From the NCBI GenBank assembly GCA_965203805.1, contig OZ241917.1, positions 5,801,458 through 5,865,457 on the forward strand: a stretch of 64,000 bases of DNA, read 5' to 3'. The DNA is from Candidatus Latescibacterota bacterium. GTDB lineage: Bacteria; Latescibacterota; UBA2968; GCA-2709665. Below, piece after piece: positions 28,555-38,239 of this stretch (position 1 is the stretch's first letter; every line of letters begins with the position of its first letter). A model generated the notes under the pieces. It worked only from the letters and a program-made list of their open reading frames with translations. It did no database searches and was not told the origin of the DNA. Both the position numbers and the translations under genes were made by a program.

Positions 28555-28587
28555 AACCGGCCGTCATGTCCCACGGCCGGTTTTTTT
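28555..28587 (+). terminator. Intrinsic terminator
   Basis: AACCGGCCGT-CATGTCCC-ACGGCCGGTT followed by a T-run. Confidence 0.75.
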
Positions 28588-28652
28588 CGTGGCGGGCCAG
28601 GCCTGAAAAGGCGAGTCCCCGGTGCATTGACAATGGAGCGGGCGGCGGTGCG

Positions 28653-29045
28653 CTACCACATGTGGACGAACACCGCGGGCCTGACTTTTTCGCCCGTTGG
28701 GGCCGTGGAGAGCAGCGAGTCGGCGTAGGCCGCGTGTCTGACCATGTAGTCCCGGCTGCCGCCGCGCAGGAAGAGGTGGAGATTGCGGTCGGGCTGGGCG
28801 ATAAGCCCGGCGGTGAGGCGCTCGAACTCACCGGGTCGAAGCAGCCGTTCGACGGATTTTCCGTCACTGGAAAGACCGGCGCCCTTTGTCGTGTAAATGA
28901 GCACCAGGTCCTCGGACCTGGGTTCGTGGTGGTGGACCCGCCAGACAGGCTGCGCGACATTGAGGATCATAATGCCAAGGGTGAGCATAAGCATCATGAT
29001 TCCGAGGAACAGCTCCTTGCTGACGTCGTGTTCTTCCGCCTGCAT
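28653..29045 (-). CDS. Small single-TM protein, putative ExbD/MotB-position partner
   Basis: MQAEEHDVSKELFLGIMMLMLTLGIMILNV, directly downstream of the MotA/ExbB-like gene. Confidence 0.55.
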   Translation of the reverse strand: MQAEEHDVSKELFLGIMMLMLTLGIMILNVAQPVWRVHHHEPRSEDLVLIYTTKGAGLSSDGKSVERLLRPGEFERLTAGLIAQPDRNLHLFLRGGSRDYMVRHAAYADSLLSTAPTGEKVRPAVFVHMW

Positions 29046-29071
29046 CGCGGCGTGTTGTAAGAATCGGCCTC

Positions 29072-29869
29072 TCACCGAATTTCGCTCCCCGGGTCGTCTC
29101 TCAGCGCCAGCCAGGCCCGTTCGAGGGCGCCGATGCGCCCCAGCAGAATGTCGATGCATTTTCTCAACGGCAGATAGGCCATCAGGGCAATCAGGGTGGT
29201 CGTGAAGGCCAGGGTCAGCCCGTCGGCCATATCGCGGAGCACTTTGAACGTCTCGGTGGCTTCGTCCAGGCGACTGAGTTCCTGCGCCATGAGCAGGATT
29301 CCGCACACCGTTCCCAGATATCCATAAAAGGGGATTCGGCTCAGTGCTCGGTGTCCGAGGAGCAGCCGCTCGCCGATCACGCCGATCAGGTCGGTTACCA
29401 GCTCGTCGTCCCGCGCCTTCAGATCCGTGTATGCGTGCGTTTCTTGCCTGAGGTCTTTCAGGCCGGCCCGTCGTCGCGAAAGCAGCGTGGGTGGCTGCGG
29501 GGCGGACGGCGCGCCGCGCAGGGCCTCCTCTTCAACGCGAATCCGCATCCATATATGGACAATGACGGAAAGGTGCGCCGTCGAGGCGGCAATAATAAGT
29601 GCGTATGCCGAGCGGCCGACCCATTCGATCCAACTCTCCGGCAATGCGACGTACATGTAGTAGTAGATGCCCAGTGCGGCGATGCCGAACCCCGCAAGGC
29701 CCCCCAGCACACCGCTCGTCAGTCTCGCGCGGTTCGCCGGAAGTCCATAGCGTAATTCTTCGCGGCAGATTGAGACCATCTCCTGGATCAGCGTGAGCGC
29801 GCCGGCCATGGCGCATACGGAGACGAAGACGACCGTGATCAGGATCTCAAACCATGCCAGGCTTGCCAC
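29072..29869 (-). CDS. MotA/TolQ/ExbB proton-channel family protein
   Basis: IPFYGYLGTVCGI and LTLAFTTTLIAL match the ExbB/MotA TM hairpin. Three extra N-terminal TM segments. Confidence 0.7.
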   Translation of the reverse strand: MASLAWFEILITVVFVSVCAMAGALTLIQEMVSICREELRYGLPANRARLTSGVLGGLAGFGIAALGIYYYMYVALPESWIEWVGRSAYALIIAASTAHLSVIVHIWMRIRVEEEALRGAPSAPQPPTLLSRRRAGLKDLRQETHAYTDLKARDDELVTDLIGVIGERLLLGHRALSRIPFYGYLGTVCGILLMAQELSRLDEATETFKVLRDMADGLTLAFTTTLIALMAYLPLRKCIDILLGRIGALERAWLALRDDPGSEIR

Positions 29870-29893
29870 GACAGATACTCTCCCTGGAGACAG

Positions 29894-31126
29894 TTAAATC
29901 CGGTATCCTTCCGCGCCTTTCGAAACGACGTACCAGATATATGCGGCCATGATGATGGTCGGAAACAACAGCCCTGCCCGCGACCCGCGCCCGCCGCCGC
30001 TGCCGCCGGACGCTGCTGTGGCGGTACTTCCATCCCTGCCCGACCTTCCGGTAACCGATTGATCACCCGGAGACCGTTCCTCCGGCGGGCGATAGGCGTC
30101 CTTGCGATCGCCCGCTTCCGTTGCTCGCGCTGCCGAACCAGCCGCCTCAATCGCCGCGTCTTCACCCTTCAGGGTGCGTTTTCGGGGGTACAGGAGGCGC
30201 TTTTCCGACTGGGCCAGCTTCTCCGCCCACGATTCGACTTCCTTCGCGAAAGTCAGCGACGTCTCTTCCTTGAGCGGTCCGGCCTTGCCCAGCGTAAAAC
30301 TGACTTCCGGGTTCCGTTGTCCGGTGTAAACAGACTGAAGTCCCGGGTCTGCGGACGCCAGAAGCTGGCGCTTGAGTCCGGCGCGCGTTTCCTGCAGGGA
30401 TATCAGATTCTGCAGAAACCCGTGGTAGTCCATCCGCTTTCGTCGGGTCTTCGGCGCGTGCGCGCGAGCCGATTCCGTCAGGGCCCGCTGTATTTCCCCA
30501 CGGCTGAATCGTTTCGCGAATTCCGCCTTGCCGAAGAATCTGGTATGCCAGATAACCCTCGCCGAGGGGATGTCGGGAACGGGGTGCGCATAGGTGATTT
30601 CGAGGGCCGGACCGCTTCCGGTCTGCCAGCTTTCATCGGATACCAGAATCGGGCGCAGCGCACCCCCTGGGTCTTTCACGTAAAGACCGAAGAGGAACCC
30701 GCTCTCCACCTGGTCGGTGTCCCAGCATCGCGCACGGATGCGATTCCTGCCTTGCAGATAGAAGTGGGGGATTTCGACCTCTACCGGTGTGAGACGGGTC
30801 TCGCCAACCAGGAAGTCGTTGATCCAGACGCGGGCTTCGTCATCGGCCCAGAAAATGCAGACGACGGATGTCCCTTCAGGTAGACGAATAACGTCGGCGG
30901 CGCCGGGCAGTCGATTGATGTCGATGGCTTCGGGGTCTGCCGCACTCATCACGCGAACGAGGCTGTCGATTCGCGCCGAGACCGCATTGAACTCCTGGCG
31001 AATGGCAGTCGGGGTGCGGTCGGTTGGGGCGGTCGGGTCGGTCGCACCGCCGGATACGTCGGGCGGCGCCAGCGACAGACCGGCCAGCACGAGCGCGGGC
31101 AGCCATCCGTCTCGCAACCGGGTCAT
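29894..31126 (-). CDS. Exported protein with a jelly-roll-like domain and a C-terminal membrane anchor
   Basis: Signal peptide, WADDEARVWIND...VSDESW, a Gly/Ser linker and C-terminal TM LLFPTIIMAAYIWYVV. Confidence 0.6.
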   Translation of the reverse strand: MTRLRDGWLPALVLAGLSLAPPDVSGGATDPTAPTDRTPTAIRQEFNAVSARIDSLVRVMSAADPEAIDINRLPGAADVIRLPEGTSVVCIFWADDEARVWINDFLVGETRLTPVEVEIPHFYLQGRNRIRARCWDTDQVESGFLFGLYVKDPGGALRPILVSDESWQTGSGPALEITYAHPVPDIPSARVIWHTRFFGKAEFAKRFSRGEIQRALTESARAHAPKTRRKRMDYHGFLQNLISLQETRAGLKRQLLASADPGLQSVYTGQRNPEVSFTLGKAGPLKEETSLTFAKEVESWAEKLAQSEKRLLYPRKRTLKGEDAAIEAAGSAARATEAGDRKDAYRPPEERSPGDQSVTGRSGRDGSTATAASGGSGGGRGSRAGLLFPTIIMAAYIWYVVSKGAEGYRI

Positions 31127-31148
31127 CAGGGATATCTCCCGGGAGTCT

Positions 31149-32273
31149 CTAATAATCCGCGAAGGAACCGTCTTCTTCCGAGCGCCACATACCGCGGAAG
31201 CGGAAGCGTTCGTCCCGCATGGCCTCCAGGGCGTCTTCGTCAATTTCGAATCCGAGGCCTGGACCTGTGGGAAGTTCGACAAAGCCGTCCCTGAAATCGA
31301 GCGGCGGCATCAGAAGCCCGTCGCCACGAGCGGTGCCGCCCTCGCAGATCAGGAAATTCGGGACCGTAGCCATGGTATGGATGGACGCAACCACGCCGAT
31401 GGGACCTGCGGCATTGTGCGGCGCCAGGGCAATGTCCCGGATTTCGGCCAGGGTGGCGATTTTCTTCATCTCAGAGATGCCTCCCACGTGCCGGATATCC
31501 GGTTGCAGAACGGCGCAGGCCTGCTTTTCCACAATATCCCAGAAACTCCAGCGCGTAAGGTGTCGTTCGCCGGTTGCGATGGGTGTGGCGGTCGAACGGG
31601 AGAGGGTCAGCAGGGCGTCGTTGTTTTCGGGGTGACAGGGCTCTTCCGCAAACAGAAGATGGTAGGGTTCGAGCGCTTTGACGGTGATTACGGCCATCTG
31701 CGGGCTGAGGCGGCGGTGCAGATCGACCGCGATGTCCACGTCGTCGCCCACGGCCTCGCGGACGGCAGCGACGCGGGCGACCATTTCGTCTACCGCTCTC
31801 GCCGTATCCACAAAGCGAACGGGCCGTACGGCGCCGCCCATCTTGATGGCTGTGAACCCGTCCGCGACCCGCGCGCGGGCCTGCACCGCGCAGGCTTCCG
31901 GCGTGTCGCCGCCTGCGTGGGCGTAGACGCGCACCCGGTCCCGGACCGACCCGCCCAGGAGCCGCCAGACGGGTGCGTCCAGGACTTTGCCCATGATGTC
32001 CCACATGGCCATGTCCGCGCCGCTGAGCGCGCCAAGGATGATGGGCATGCTTCGGCTGTACGTGGAGCGGAAAAAGGTCTGCCAGTGGTCTTCGATCTGG
32101 AGGGGGTCTTTGCCGACGAGGTATTCGGACAGGTCGTCCATCGCGCGCGCGACGATTCGCCAGTGTGTATAGTCCAGCGGTTCGCCGTAGCCGACGACGC
32201 CGTCGTCGGTGTGCATTTTCAGCAAGAGGAACCGCTGGGCGACGGGGATGGTTTCAAGGCGCGTGATCTTCAT
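31149..32273 (-). CDS. dgoD: Galactonate dehydratase-like enolase superfamily enzyme
   Basis: MKITRLET, TDDGVVGYGEP, WDIMGK, VDLHRR, EEP, TGER, LQPD, APHN. Confidence 0.75.
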   Translation of the reverse strand: MKITRLETIPVAQRFLLLKMHTDDGVVGYGEPLDYTHWRIVARAMDDLSEYLVGKDPLQIEDHWQTFFRSTYSRSMPIILGALSGADMAMWDIMGKVLDAPVWRLLGGSVRDRVRVYAHAGGDTPEACAVQARARVADGFTAIKMGGAVRPVRFVDTARAVDEMVARVAAVREAVGDDVDIAVDLHRRLSPQMAVITVKALEPYHLLFAEEPCHPENNDALLTLSRSTATPIATGERHLTRWSFWDIVEKQACAVLQPDIRHVGGISEMKKIATLAEIRDIALAPHNAAGPIGVVASIHTMATVPNFLICEGGTARGDGLLMPPLDFRDGFVELPTGPGLGFEIDEDALEAMRDERFRFRGMWRSEEDGSFADY

Positions 32274-32304
32274 CGCGACTGACCTCAATTCTTGACCGGA
32301 CGGT

Positions 32305-33174
32305 TCAACGACCGGTTGTTCCACCCTGGCGGGCCGTCCGGTTCGCTGCGGCGATAACGGGTGCGATTTTGTCCGCGAACCGGATCTGGCTGTTGTCTTC
32401 GGGTTCGTAGCCGATGACTTTCCGGGCGTTGGCGATGCTCCAGAAGTTGTGGCTGTTTCCACTGATGCCGTAGAAGATCTGGAACGGGATGCCGTTCTCG
32501 TCTTCGATGTTCTCCGTCTCGATGCTCTTGATCAGGAGCTGGGTCTGGTCCCGCGCGCTCAGGTAGGCCCCGAGGCTGCGGTGCATGCCCTTCGGGTTTT
32601 CCGGACTGAGTCTGTCCGCCACGTTCTCGCGGGGCCCGCCGATGCGAAGCTGTACATTCTGAAGTTTCCGTCCGTTTCCGATCTTTCCCGCGGCAAAGGC
32701 GAAGCCCAGCAGTTCGTACGCGGCCTTGGCCCACCCGTAGAAGTTGTCGGAAAGCGGGAGCATTGCCGGCGTGACGAAATCCATGCGTCCGGACCAGATG
32801 AGCGTCTCGTAGAAGTCGGTCGCGTGGTTGGAACTGATGACCACGACCCGTCGCACGTTCTCTTCCAGGCAGGTCTGATACACGTTATGCGCCATGGCGA
32901 TGTTGTCGGCTTCCGCCCAGTATTGATCCATCGGGTCCGTGGCACGCGTGAATCCGCAATGAATCACGGCGTCGGCGTTAGCGAAATGCTTCCGGTACTC
33001 GTCCCTGTCTCGCTTGAGGAGGTCGGCGATGACGATACCTTCGACTTCTTCGCCGTTTCTGTCCGTTTTTCGAACGTCGAGGAGGCCGAGGTGATAGCGC
33101 TCCCTGAGGGCGGGCAGGCTTCGACCCGCGATATATCCGGCGGCGCCGGTGACGACAACGCTTCGTTTTGCCAT
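32305..33174 (-). CDS. NAD-dependent epimerase/dehydrogenase (uronate dehydrogenase-like)
   Basis: VVVTGAAGYIA, SSNHA, NFYGWAK, LRIG, YLSARD. The real start is at 33174, inside a longer ORF. Confidence 0.82.
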   Translation of the reverse strand: MAKRSVVVTGAAGYIAGRSLPALRERYHLGLLDVRKTDRNGEEVEGIVIADLLKRDRDEYRKHFANADAVIHCGFTRATDPMDQYWAEADNIAMAHNVYQTCLEENVRRVVVISSNHATDFYETLIWSGRMDFVTPAMLPLSDNFYGWAKAAYELLGFAFAAGKIGNGRKLQNVQLRIGGPRENVADRLSPENPKGMHRSLGAYLSARDQTQLLIKSIETENIEDENGIPFQIFYGISGNSHNFWSIANARKVIGYEPEDNSQIRFADKIAPVIAAANRTARQGGTTGR

Positions 33175-33185
33175 CTGAACGCTTT

Positions 33186-33947
33186 CTACGGGAGTGGAAA
33201 AGGCATGGGTATTTCGGGGTGGTACGTGAATCGGTTTCTGCCCCTGAGCAGGACGGGCCGCCAGTCCCCGCCGATCGAGTTGGCTTCGACCTGCCTGGCT
33301 TCCGGCGGAATAAACCGGACGGTAAGGCCGCAGCGCCGGCGGTTCGAGGTATTCGGCATGCTGGCGTGGAAAAGCTGGCCGTGATGGACCGAAATCTGGC
33401 CTGCCGTGAGTTCCAGATCGATCGCGTGGCTGGTGTCCACGAGCTCGTCCGGGATCTCCTGGTTGATGCTCAGGAGGTTTCCCGACCGTTTCGAAGTCCC
33501 GTGGGTGACGATCCCGTCCCTGTGGGAGCCCGGGATGACGCGCATGCAGCCATTCTCCGCGTCGCTGTCGTCGATGGCGATCCAGGCCGTGTGCGCCAGC
33601 GGTGGCTTCAGGCCCCAGTAGGTGACATCCTGGTGCCACGCGACAAAGTGTTTTTGGTCCTTGGCGGGGTATTTGCAGAAAAAGTGCGTGGCCAGCAGAA
33701 GGACGTCCTTTCCCATGGCCTGCACCATGACGTCCAGGAGACGCGGGTCGGTAGACAGCCTCCAGATGAATTCCTCGTCGAAGTGACGGGACTGGAGGCC
33801 GACCTGGCAGACGTCTCTGCCCTCTCGGGCCTCGAGATCGTCGAACTGAGCCCTGAACGCGTCGATCTCGTTCCTGGAGAAAACGTCGATTCGGGGCAGC
33901 ACACCATCGGTTTCGTAGGTCTCTTGTATGTTCTCGACGACAGCCAC
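33186..33947 (-). CDS. PhyH-family Fe(II)/2OG dioxygenase
   Basis: WHQD, WIAIDD, NGCMRVIPGSH, HASMPN.S.RRR. GTG start after GGGGA. Confidence 0.88.
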   Translation of the reverse strand: MAVVENIQETYETDGVLPRIDVFSRNEIDAFRAQFDDLEAREGRDVCQVGLQSRHFDEEFIWRLSTDPRLLDVMVQAMGKDVLLLATHFFCKYPAKDQKHFVAWHQDVTYWGLKPPLAHTAWIAIDDSDAENGCMRVIPGSHRDGIVTHGTSKRSGNLLSINQEIPDELVDTSHAIDLELTAGQISVHHGQLFHASMPNTSNRRRCGLTVRFIPPEARQVEANSIGGDWRPVLLRGRNRFTYHPEIPMPFPLP

Positions 33948-34198
33948 GGCGGAATCCCCTTTGAAGTTCAGCGCAGGTGGCGGATAATCTACGGTGATCG
34001 GTGCGGCTGTGCAACCCGTTTCTGGTGTTCTGTCCCGGACACAGATTGCCTGGTTTCGGCCGTGGAGTCGCCCGGCCGGCACCCTTCGACAGGCTAAGGA
34101 CCCGGCGCCCGAGCGAGGCGACCTGGGCAAGGTCGGCGAGGGAGGGTAACATAGCGGGACGGGACACTGATGGCGGCGACCGATCCCGAGGGAGGGGA

Positions 34199-34227
34199 TT
34201 GACAGGCCGCACGCGGGTGGGTATCAT
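34199..34227 (+). promoter_or_regulatory. Sigma70-type promoter
   Basis: TTGACA-17bp-TATCAT. Confidence 0.65.
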
Positions 34228-34312
34228 GCGAAACCGGGCACGATACGCCCGTTCGATTGCGCCGGGTTCCGACGCCGCGGCGCAGACGGTTCTGGATGAT
34301 CGGAGGTTTGAA

Positions 34313-35425
34313 ATGAAGATTACCCGAGTCACCGCGATGGTTTTGCGGCTGCCCGTCGTCACCGATTCCTGTGACGGTACCCAGGATACGTGTCTTATCA
34401 GGGTCGAAACCGACGCCGGAATCACAGGCTGGGGAGAAGTGGATTCCTGCCCGACGGCCGTGAAGGCAGTTGTGGATGCGCCCCTGTCGCACCGGATCTG
34501 CAACGGACTGGCAAACGCCCTTTGCAATGAGGACCCGCGGGCGGTGGACGCGTGTATGCATCGCATGGTGGAAGCGGCGAACTATTACGGCGGTGGGGGC
34601 GTGGCGGAACACGCGATGGCGGGCGTCAATCTCGCACTATGGGATATCGCGGGCAAGGCCTGTGACGCGCCCGTCTACCGGCTGCTCGGCGGGCCTTTCA
34701 ACACACGTTTCCGGGCGTATTGTTCGATCCTGTTCGGCGATACGCCTGCGCGGACCGGAGAGCTGGGGCGAAGGTTCGCGGGTGAGGGCTTCACGGCCGT
34801 CAAATTCGGCTGGGGACCGATGGGGCGAAACGAGCAGACCGATGTCGCCCTGGTTGAGGAGGCGCGGCGCGGCGTGGGAGACGGTGTGGACGTGCTGATC
34901 GACGCGGGGCAGGTCTGGGACTGGAAGACAGCCCTGAAGCGGGCGCGCCAGTTCGCGGAGTTCCGACCGTTCTGGCTCGAGGAGCCGCTCCGGCCGGGCG
35001 ACCTGCGCGGTTACGCCAAACTGACCGCGGAGAGTCCGCTGCCCATCGCGGCGGGTGAAGCGGAAGCGCGGCTCGACGCCTTCGAACGGCTGGTATCCCA
35101 CGGTGGACTCGATTGGGTGCAGCCCGATCCGGGAAGGTGCGGCATTTCAACGATGGTGGAGGTGGGCAGGATGGCGCACCGCCGGCACGCCAGGGTGGTG
35201 AACCACAGTTTCAAGAGCGGAATAACGATCGCCGCGTCGCTTCATGCGCTCGCAGCCGTACCTGGTGGTGAGATGTTCGAGTATTGTATGTCGGAATCAC
35301 CGCTGCGTCATGATCTGACGCACGAACGGTTCGACGTCGTCGACGGGTACGTGACGGCGCCGGAGGGCCCCGGCCTGGGCGTGACGATCAACGCCGAGAC
35401 CGTGGAGAAGTACCGGGTGGCGTGA
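34313..35425 (+). CDS. Mandelate racemase/muconate lactonizing enzyme family protein
   Basis: TDAGITGWGE, ALWDIAGK, KFG, ID, WLEEP, AGE, QPD, NH. GGAGG RBS. Confidence 0.88.
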   Translation: MKITRVTAMVLRLPVVTDSCDGTQDTCLIRVETDAGITGWGEVDSCPTAVKAVVDAPLSHRICNGLANALCNEDPRAVDACMHRMVEAANYYGGGGVAEHAMAGVNLALWDIAGKACDAPVYRLLGGPFNTRFRAYCSILFGDTPARTGELGRRFAGEGFTAVKFGWGPMGRNEQTDVALVEEARRGVGDGVDVLIDAGQVWDWKTALKRARQFAEFRPFWLEEPLRPGDLRGYAKLTAESPLPIAAGEAEARLDAFERLVSHGGLDWVQPDPGRCGISTMVEVGRMAHRRHARVVNHSFKSGITIAASLHALAAVPGGEMFEYCMSESPLRHDLTHERFDVVDGYVTAPEGPGLGVTINAETVEKYRVA

Positions 35426-35436
35426 GAGGCATCCGT

Positions 35437-36333
35437 TCACCCGCCCGCCGGGCCCGGGCTTTCGTCCTGGAGTTCCCTCACGAATGCCGGGCTCAGGGCG
35501 CCCTGCGCGACCTCGGCGACGGGTCCCTTCATGGTAAGGCGGAAGCCGGGATCGATCGCGATATCGAGGGCGCCGCCCTGAGCGTTGACGGTTACCGGCG
35601 ATTTCACCAGTCCCTGACGGACGGCCGCGCATGCCGCCGCGCAGGCCGACGATCCGGATGCCAGCGTTTCTCCCGCGCCGCGCTCCCAGATGAGAATGAA
35701 GATCTCATTCGGGCCCGTGGGTACAGCCAGTTGCACGTTGATGCGGTTGGGGAAGAGATCGTGATTCTCGAGGGCGGGACCCAGTTCGAGCAGGTCGTCG
35801 CGGGTCCAGGCCTCGCCCGCGGGTCTGAAGATGACGCAGTGGGGGTTGCCCACGCTGACGCCGGTAAATCTCAGATTGCGCCCCGCCGCCGCGATGGGAC
35901 GTTCGATCAGCTCGCCCTCGTCCAGGGCGCAGGGCAGCGCCTGGGGATTGAAATCGGCCCGGCCCATCTCCACGGTCGCGAGGCTCGCATCGCCGTGACG
36001 ATCCGGGTGGATCTGGATCGCCACGAGACCGCCCAGGGTATCAACCGTGAAGCTGACTTGCCGTGTTCTTTGCGTGGTATGCAGGAAGCGCGCGAAGATG
36101 CGCAGGCCGTTGCCCGATTTTTCGGCTTCGCTGCCATCGGGGTTGAAAATGCGCAGGCCGAAGTCCGCGCCGTTTCCGGGTTCCACGGTAAGGATACCGT
36201 CGCCGCCGATGCCCAGGTTGCGGTTGCAGATCAGGCGGATATTCTTCGGGGTGAGCCTGAAGTCCAGATCGGACGGATCCATGACGATGTAGTCGTTGCC
36301 GAGACCATGGCCCTTATAGAAACCGTTCTTCAC
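35437..36333 (-). CDS. Diaminopimelate epimerase-like protein (both catalytic Cys replaced by Ser)
   Basis: KGHGLGNDY, GIGGDG, NPDGSEAEKSGNG, GNPH, ERGAGETLASGSS. Confidence 0.85.
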   Translation of the reverse strand: MKNGFYKGHGLGNDYIVMDPSDLDFRLTPKNIRLICNRNLGIGGDGILTVEPGNGADFGLRIFNPDGSEAEKSGNGLRIFARFLHTTQRTRQVSFTVDTLGGLVAIQIHPDRHGDASLATVEMGRADFNPQALPCALDEGELIERPIAAAGRNLRFTGVSVGNPHCVIFRPAGEAWTRDDLLELGPALENHDLFPNRINVQLAVPTGPNEIFILIWERGAGETLASGSSACAAACAAVRQGLVKSPVTVNAQGGALDIAIDPGFRLTMKGPVAEVAQGALSPAFVRELQDESPGPAGG

Positions 36334-36408
36334 GAAACCTCCGGTTAACGTGACGCGGGGCTGCGGGTGCAGGCAACCGCCAATTCCCCGAACCGGCGCC
36401 GGTCATTG

Positions 36409-37377
36409 TCATTTCCAGACAAGTACGACGCCCATCGTCTCGCCCAGACGGGTATACAGCAAGTCGAACGCCTCCGCCGCCTCCTGGAAGGGGAAGCGGT
36501 GGGTGATCATGGCTTCGGCGTCGATCTTTTTCTCGCCAAGAAGCTGGAGGGCGCGGTCGGAACCCAGCGATCGCTTGCCTCCGTCCGAGTAGCCGCCCAC
36601 GATTCGGCGTCCCTGAATCTTTCCCGAGTCGAGCGGCAGCGGCTCGTCCTCGTACAAGCCGATCACCTGGATCAGGCCCCTTCGTTTCACCATATCCTGT
36701 GCCTGCGCAAAGGCGCCCGCGCCCGCGCGCCCGCCGACCGCTTCCACGACGATTTCAACGCCCTCCCCGTCCGTCAGCCCTTTCACCGCCTTGACGGGGT
36801 CTTCGCTCGACGCGTCCACCACGTGGTCCGCCCCGAGACGTCCCGCCAGATCGCACCGGAGGGGCAGCGCGTCGACCGCGATGACGCGGGGGTTCGCCTC
36901 CGCGTTGAGCGCCTGCATGCAGATGGAGCCCACGAGCCCCTGTCCCAGAATGGCCACCGTATCTTCCTCGCGGGCATCGATCTCCCACATCCAGAGAACG
37001 GAACTGGTGCTCAGCGGCCAGAATGTCGCGGCTTCGGAGGAAACTGCGTCCGGGAGATGCACGACCGGGTCCTGGTGGCGTGAGCTTACGATTTCGACGG
37101 CCACGTATTCCGCGTGCGGCGCAATGGCTGCCACGCGGTCTCCGACAGAAAAGCCGTCCACGCGCGCGCCGACCTCCACGACGTCTCCCACGAACGAGTA
37201 TCCCATGCTCTGATGGGCGATGGCTTCAGGACGGATGTAGCGCCGCCAGATCTCGGAACCGCGGCTGATCAGACTGCACTCAGCGCGGATCAACACCTCG
37301 GTGGGCGTGATTTCAGGTATCGGAACGTCTTCGATGACGATATTGTATTCGCCTTCCGGCTTTGCAACTCGTTTCAT
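36409..37377 (-). CDS. Medium-chain (GroES-like) alcohol dehydrogenase family protein
   Basis: ISRGSE, GYS..G, GQGLVG Rossmann motif, ITHRF. The canonical Zn-binding Cys/His ligands are not apparent. Confidence 0.85.
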   Translation of the reverse strand: MKRVAKPEGEYNIVIEDVPIPEITPTEVLIRAECSLISRGSEIWRRYIRPEAIAHQSMGYSFVGDVVEVGARVDGFSVGDRVAAIAPHAEYVAVEIVSSRHQDPVVHLPDAVSSEAATFWPLSTSSVLWMWEIDAREEDTVAILGQGLVGSICMQALNAEANPRVIAVDALPLRCDLAGRLGADHVVDASSEDPVKAVKGLTDGEGVEIVVEAVGGRAGAGAFAQAQDMVKRRGLIQVIGLYEDEPLPLDSGKIQGRRIVGGYSDGGKRSLGSDRALQLLGEKKIDAEAMITHRFPFQEAAEAFDLLYTRLGETMGVVLVWK

Positions 37378-37488
37378 AGCGGGGTTCCCTGAATTGGAAA
37401 ATTGAAGACTTCAGGCGCGGACGTCGTGTATAACCGGGATGGGACCCGCTCAATCCGGCCGCGCCGCCCGATTAACTGGAAATAGCGC

Positions 37489-38226
37489 TCAGTTCACCGG
37501 CGTGAGGTCCTGGATATCGCATCGATAGACCCACGTGCCCGCCCGGACGTAGTGAATGGCGAACGCCAGGCGGGGTCTGCCCCGGGACCGGTTCGCGTAG
37601 GACCCGTGGATGGTTCTGCCGGTAAAGAAGACCCCCGAACCTTGCGGCACCGTAAGGAACGTGAGGTCACCCGGGCTTACGCCGGCGACTTCGTGCGAAT
37701 GCATGGTTTCGGTCCATTCCCTTCCGTCCGGCCCGCGCATGGCGTAGTCCTTTACCCACGAGGCGTGTTCACTGCCGTCTTTCGGGGGCCGGGTTTCCCG
37801 GAGGGGGGCGAGGTGGCTGCCGGCGGCGACGCAGAGACCGCCGTTGTCTCTGTCGGTATCGTTCAACGCGAGCCAGCATGCCATGAGGGTGCCTGGTTCG
37901 TGCCGGATGTAGTGGGCGTCCTGGTGAAGCGCGATGCCGGTTCCGCCGGCCGGCGCTTTTGCCAAGTACATCGTCTGAACGATCATCGGCGACCCGCCGA
38001 GCAACCGGGCCGCGACGCCGGCGATGCGGGGATGCGACGCCAGATAACGCCAATGCGGGTCCGCGGTGTGCCGGCGCAGGCCGAGTTCCAGGACTTCCGG
38101 AGGCGTCGCTTCCGCCTGCGCCCGGAGGAAGGCGTCGATTTCACGCGGCGTCAGCAGACCGGGCACCTGTATGAAACCGTCTGTACGGTACGCTGCTTCC
38201 TGCTTCGGTGTCAGGGCGAGTCCCAT
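37489..38226 (-). CDS. PhyH-family Fe(II)/2OG dioxygenase
   Basis: YRTDGFI, LHQD, WLALND, NGGL..AGSH, HGSYANRS..PR. Confidence 0.88.
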   Translation of the reverse strand: MGLALTPKQEAAYRTDGFIQVPGLLTPREIDAFLRAQAEATPPEVLELGLRRHTADPHWRYLASHPRIAGVAARLLGGSPMIVQTMYLAKAPAGGTGIALHQDAHYIRHEPGTLMACWLALNDTDRDNGGLCVAAGSHLAPLRETRPPKDGSEHASWVKDYAMRGPDGREWTETMHSHEVAGVSPGDLTFLTVPQGSGVFFTGRTIHGSYANRSRGRPRLAFAIHYVRAGTWVYRCDIQDLTPVN

Positions 38227-38239
38227 CGCGGCTTTCGCT

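Noticed and set aside
28653-29869. Zorya (ZorAB) anti-phage system
   Set aside because: No long ZorA cytoplasmic tail, no OmpA domain in the partner, and no zorC/D/E-like genes.
32305-34566. 753-aa ORF as one fusion protein
   Set aside because: Only the last 289 aa resemble a protein family. The upstream part overlaps the PhyH gene in another frame and the enolase gene on the opposite strand.
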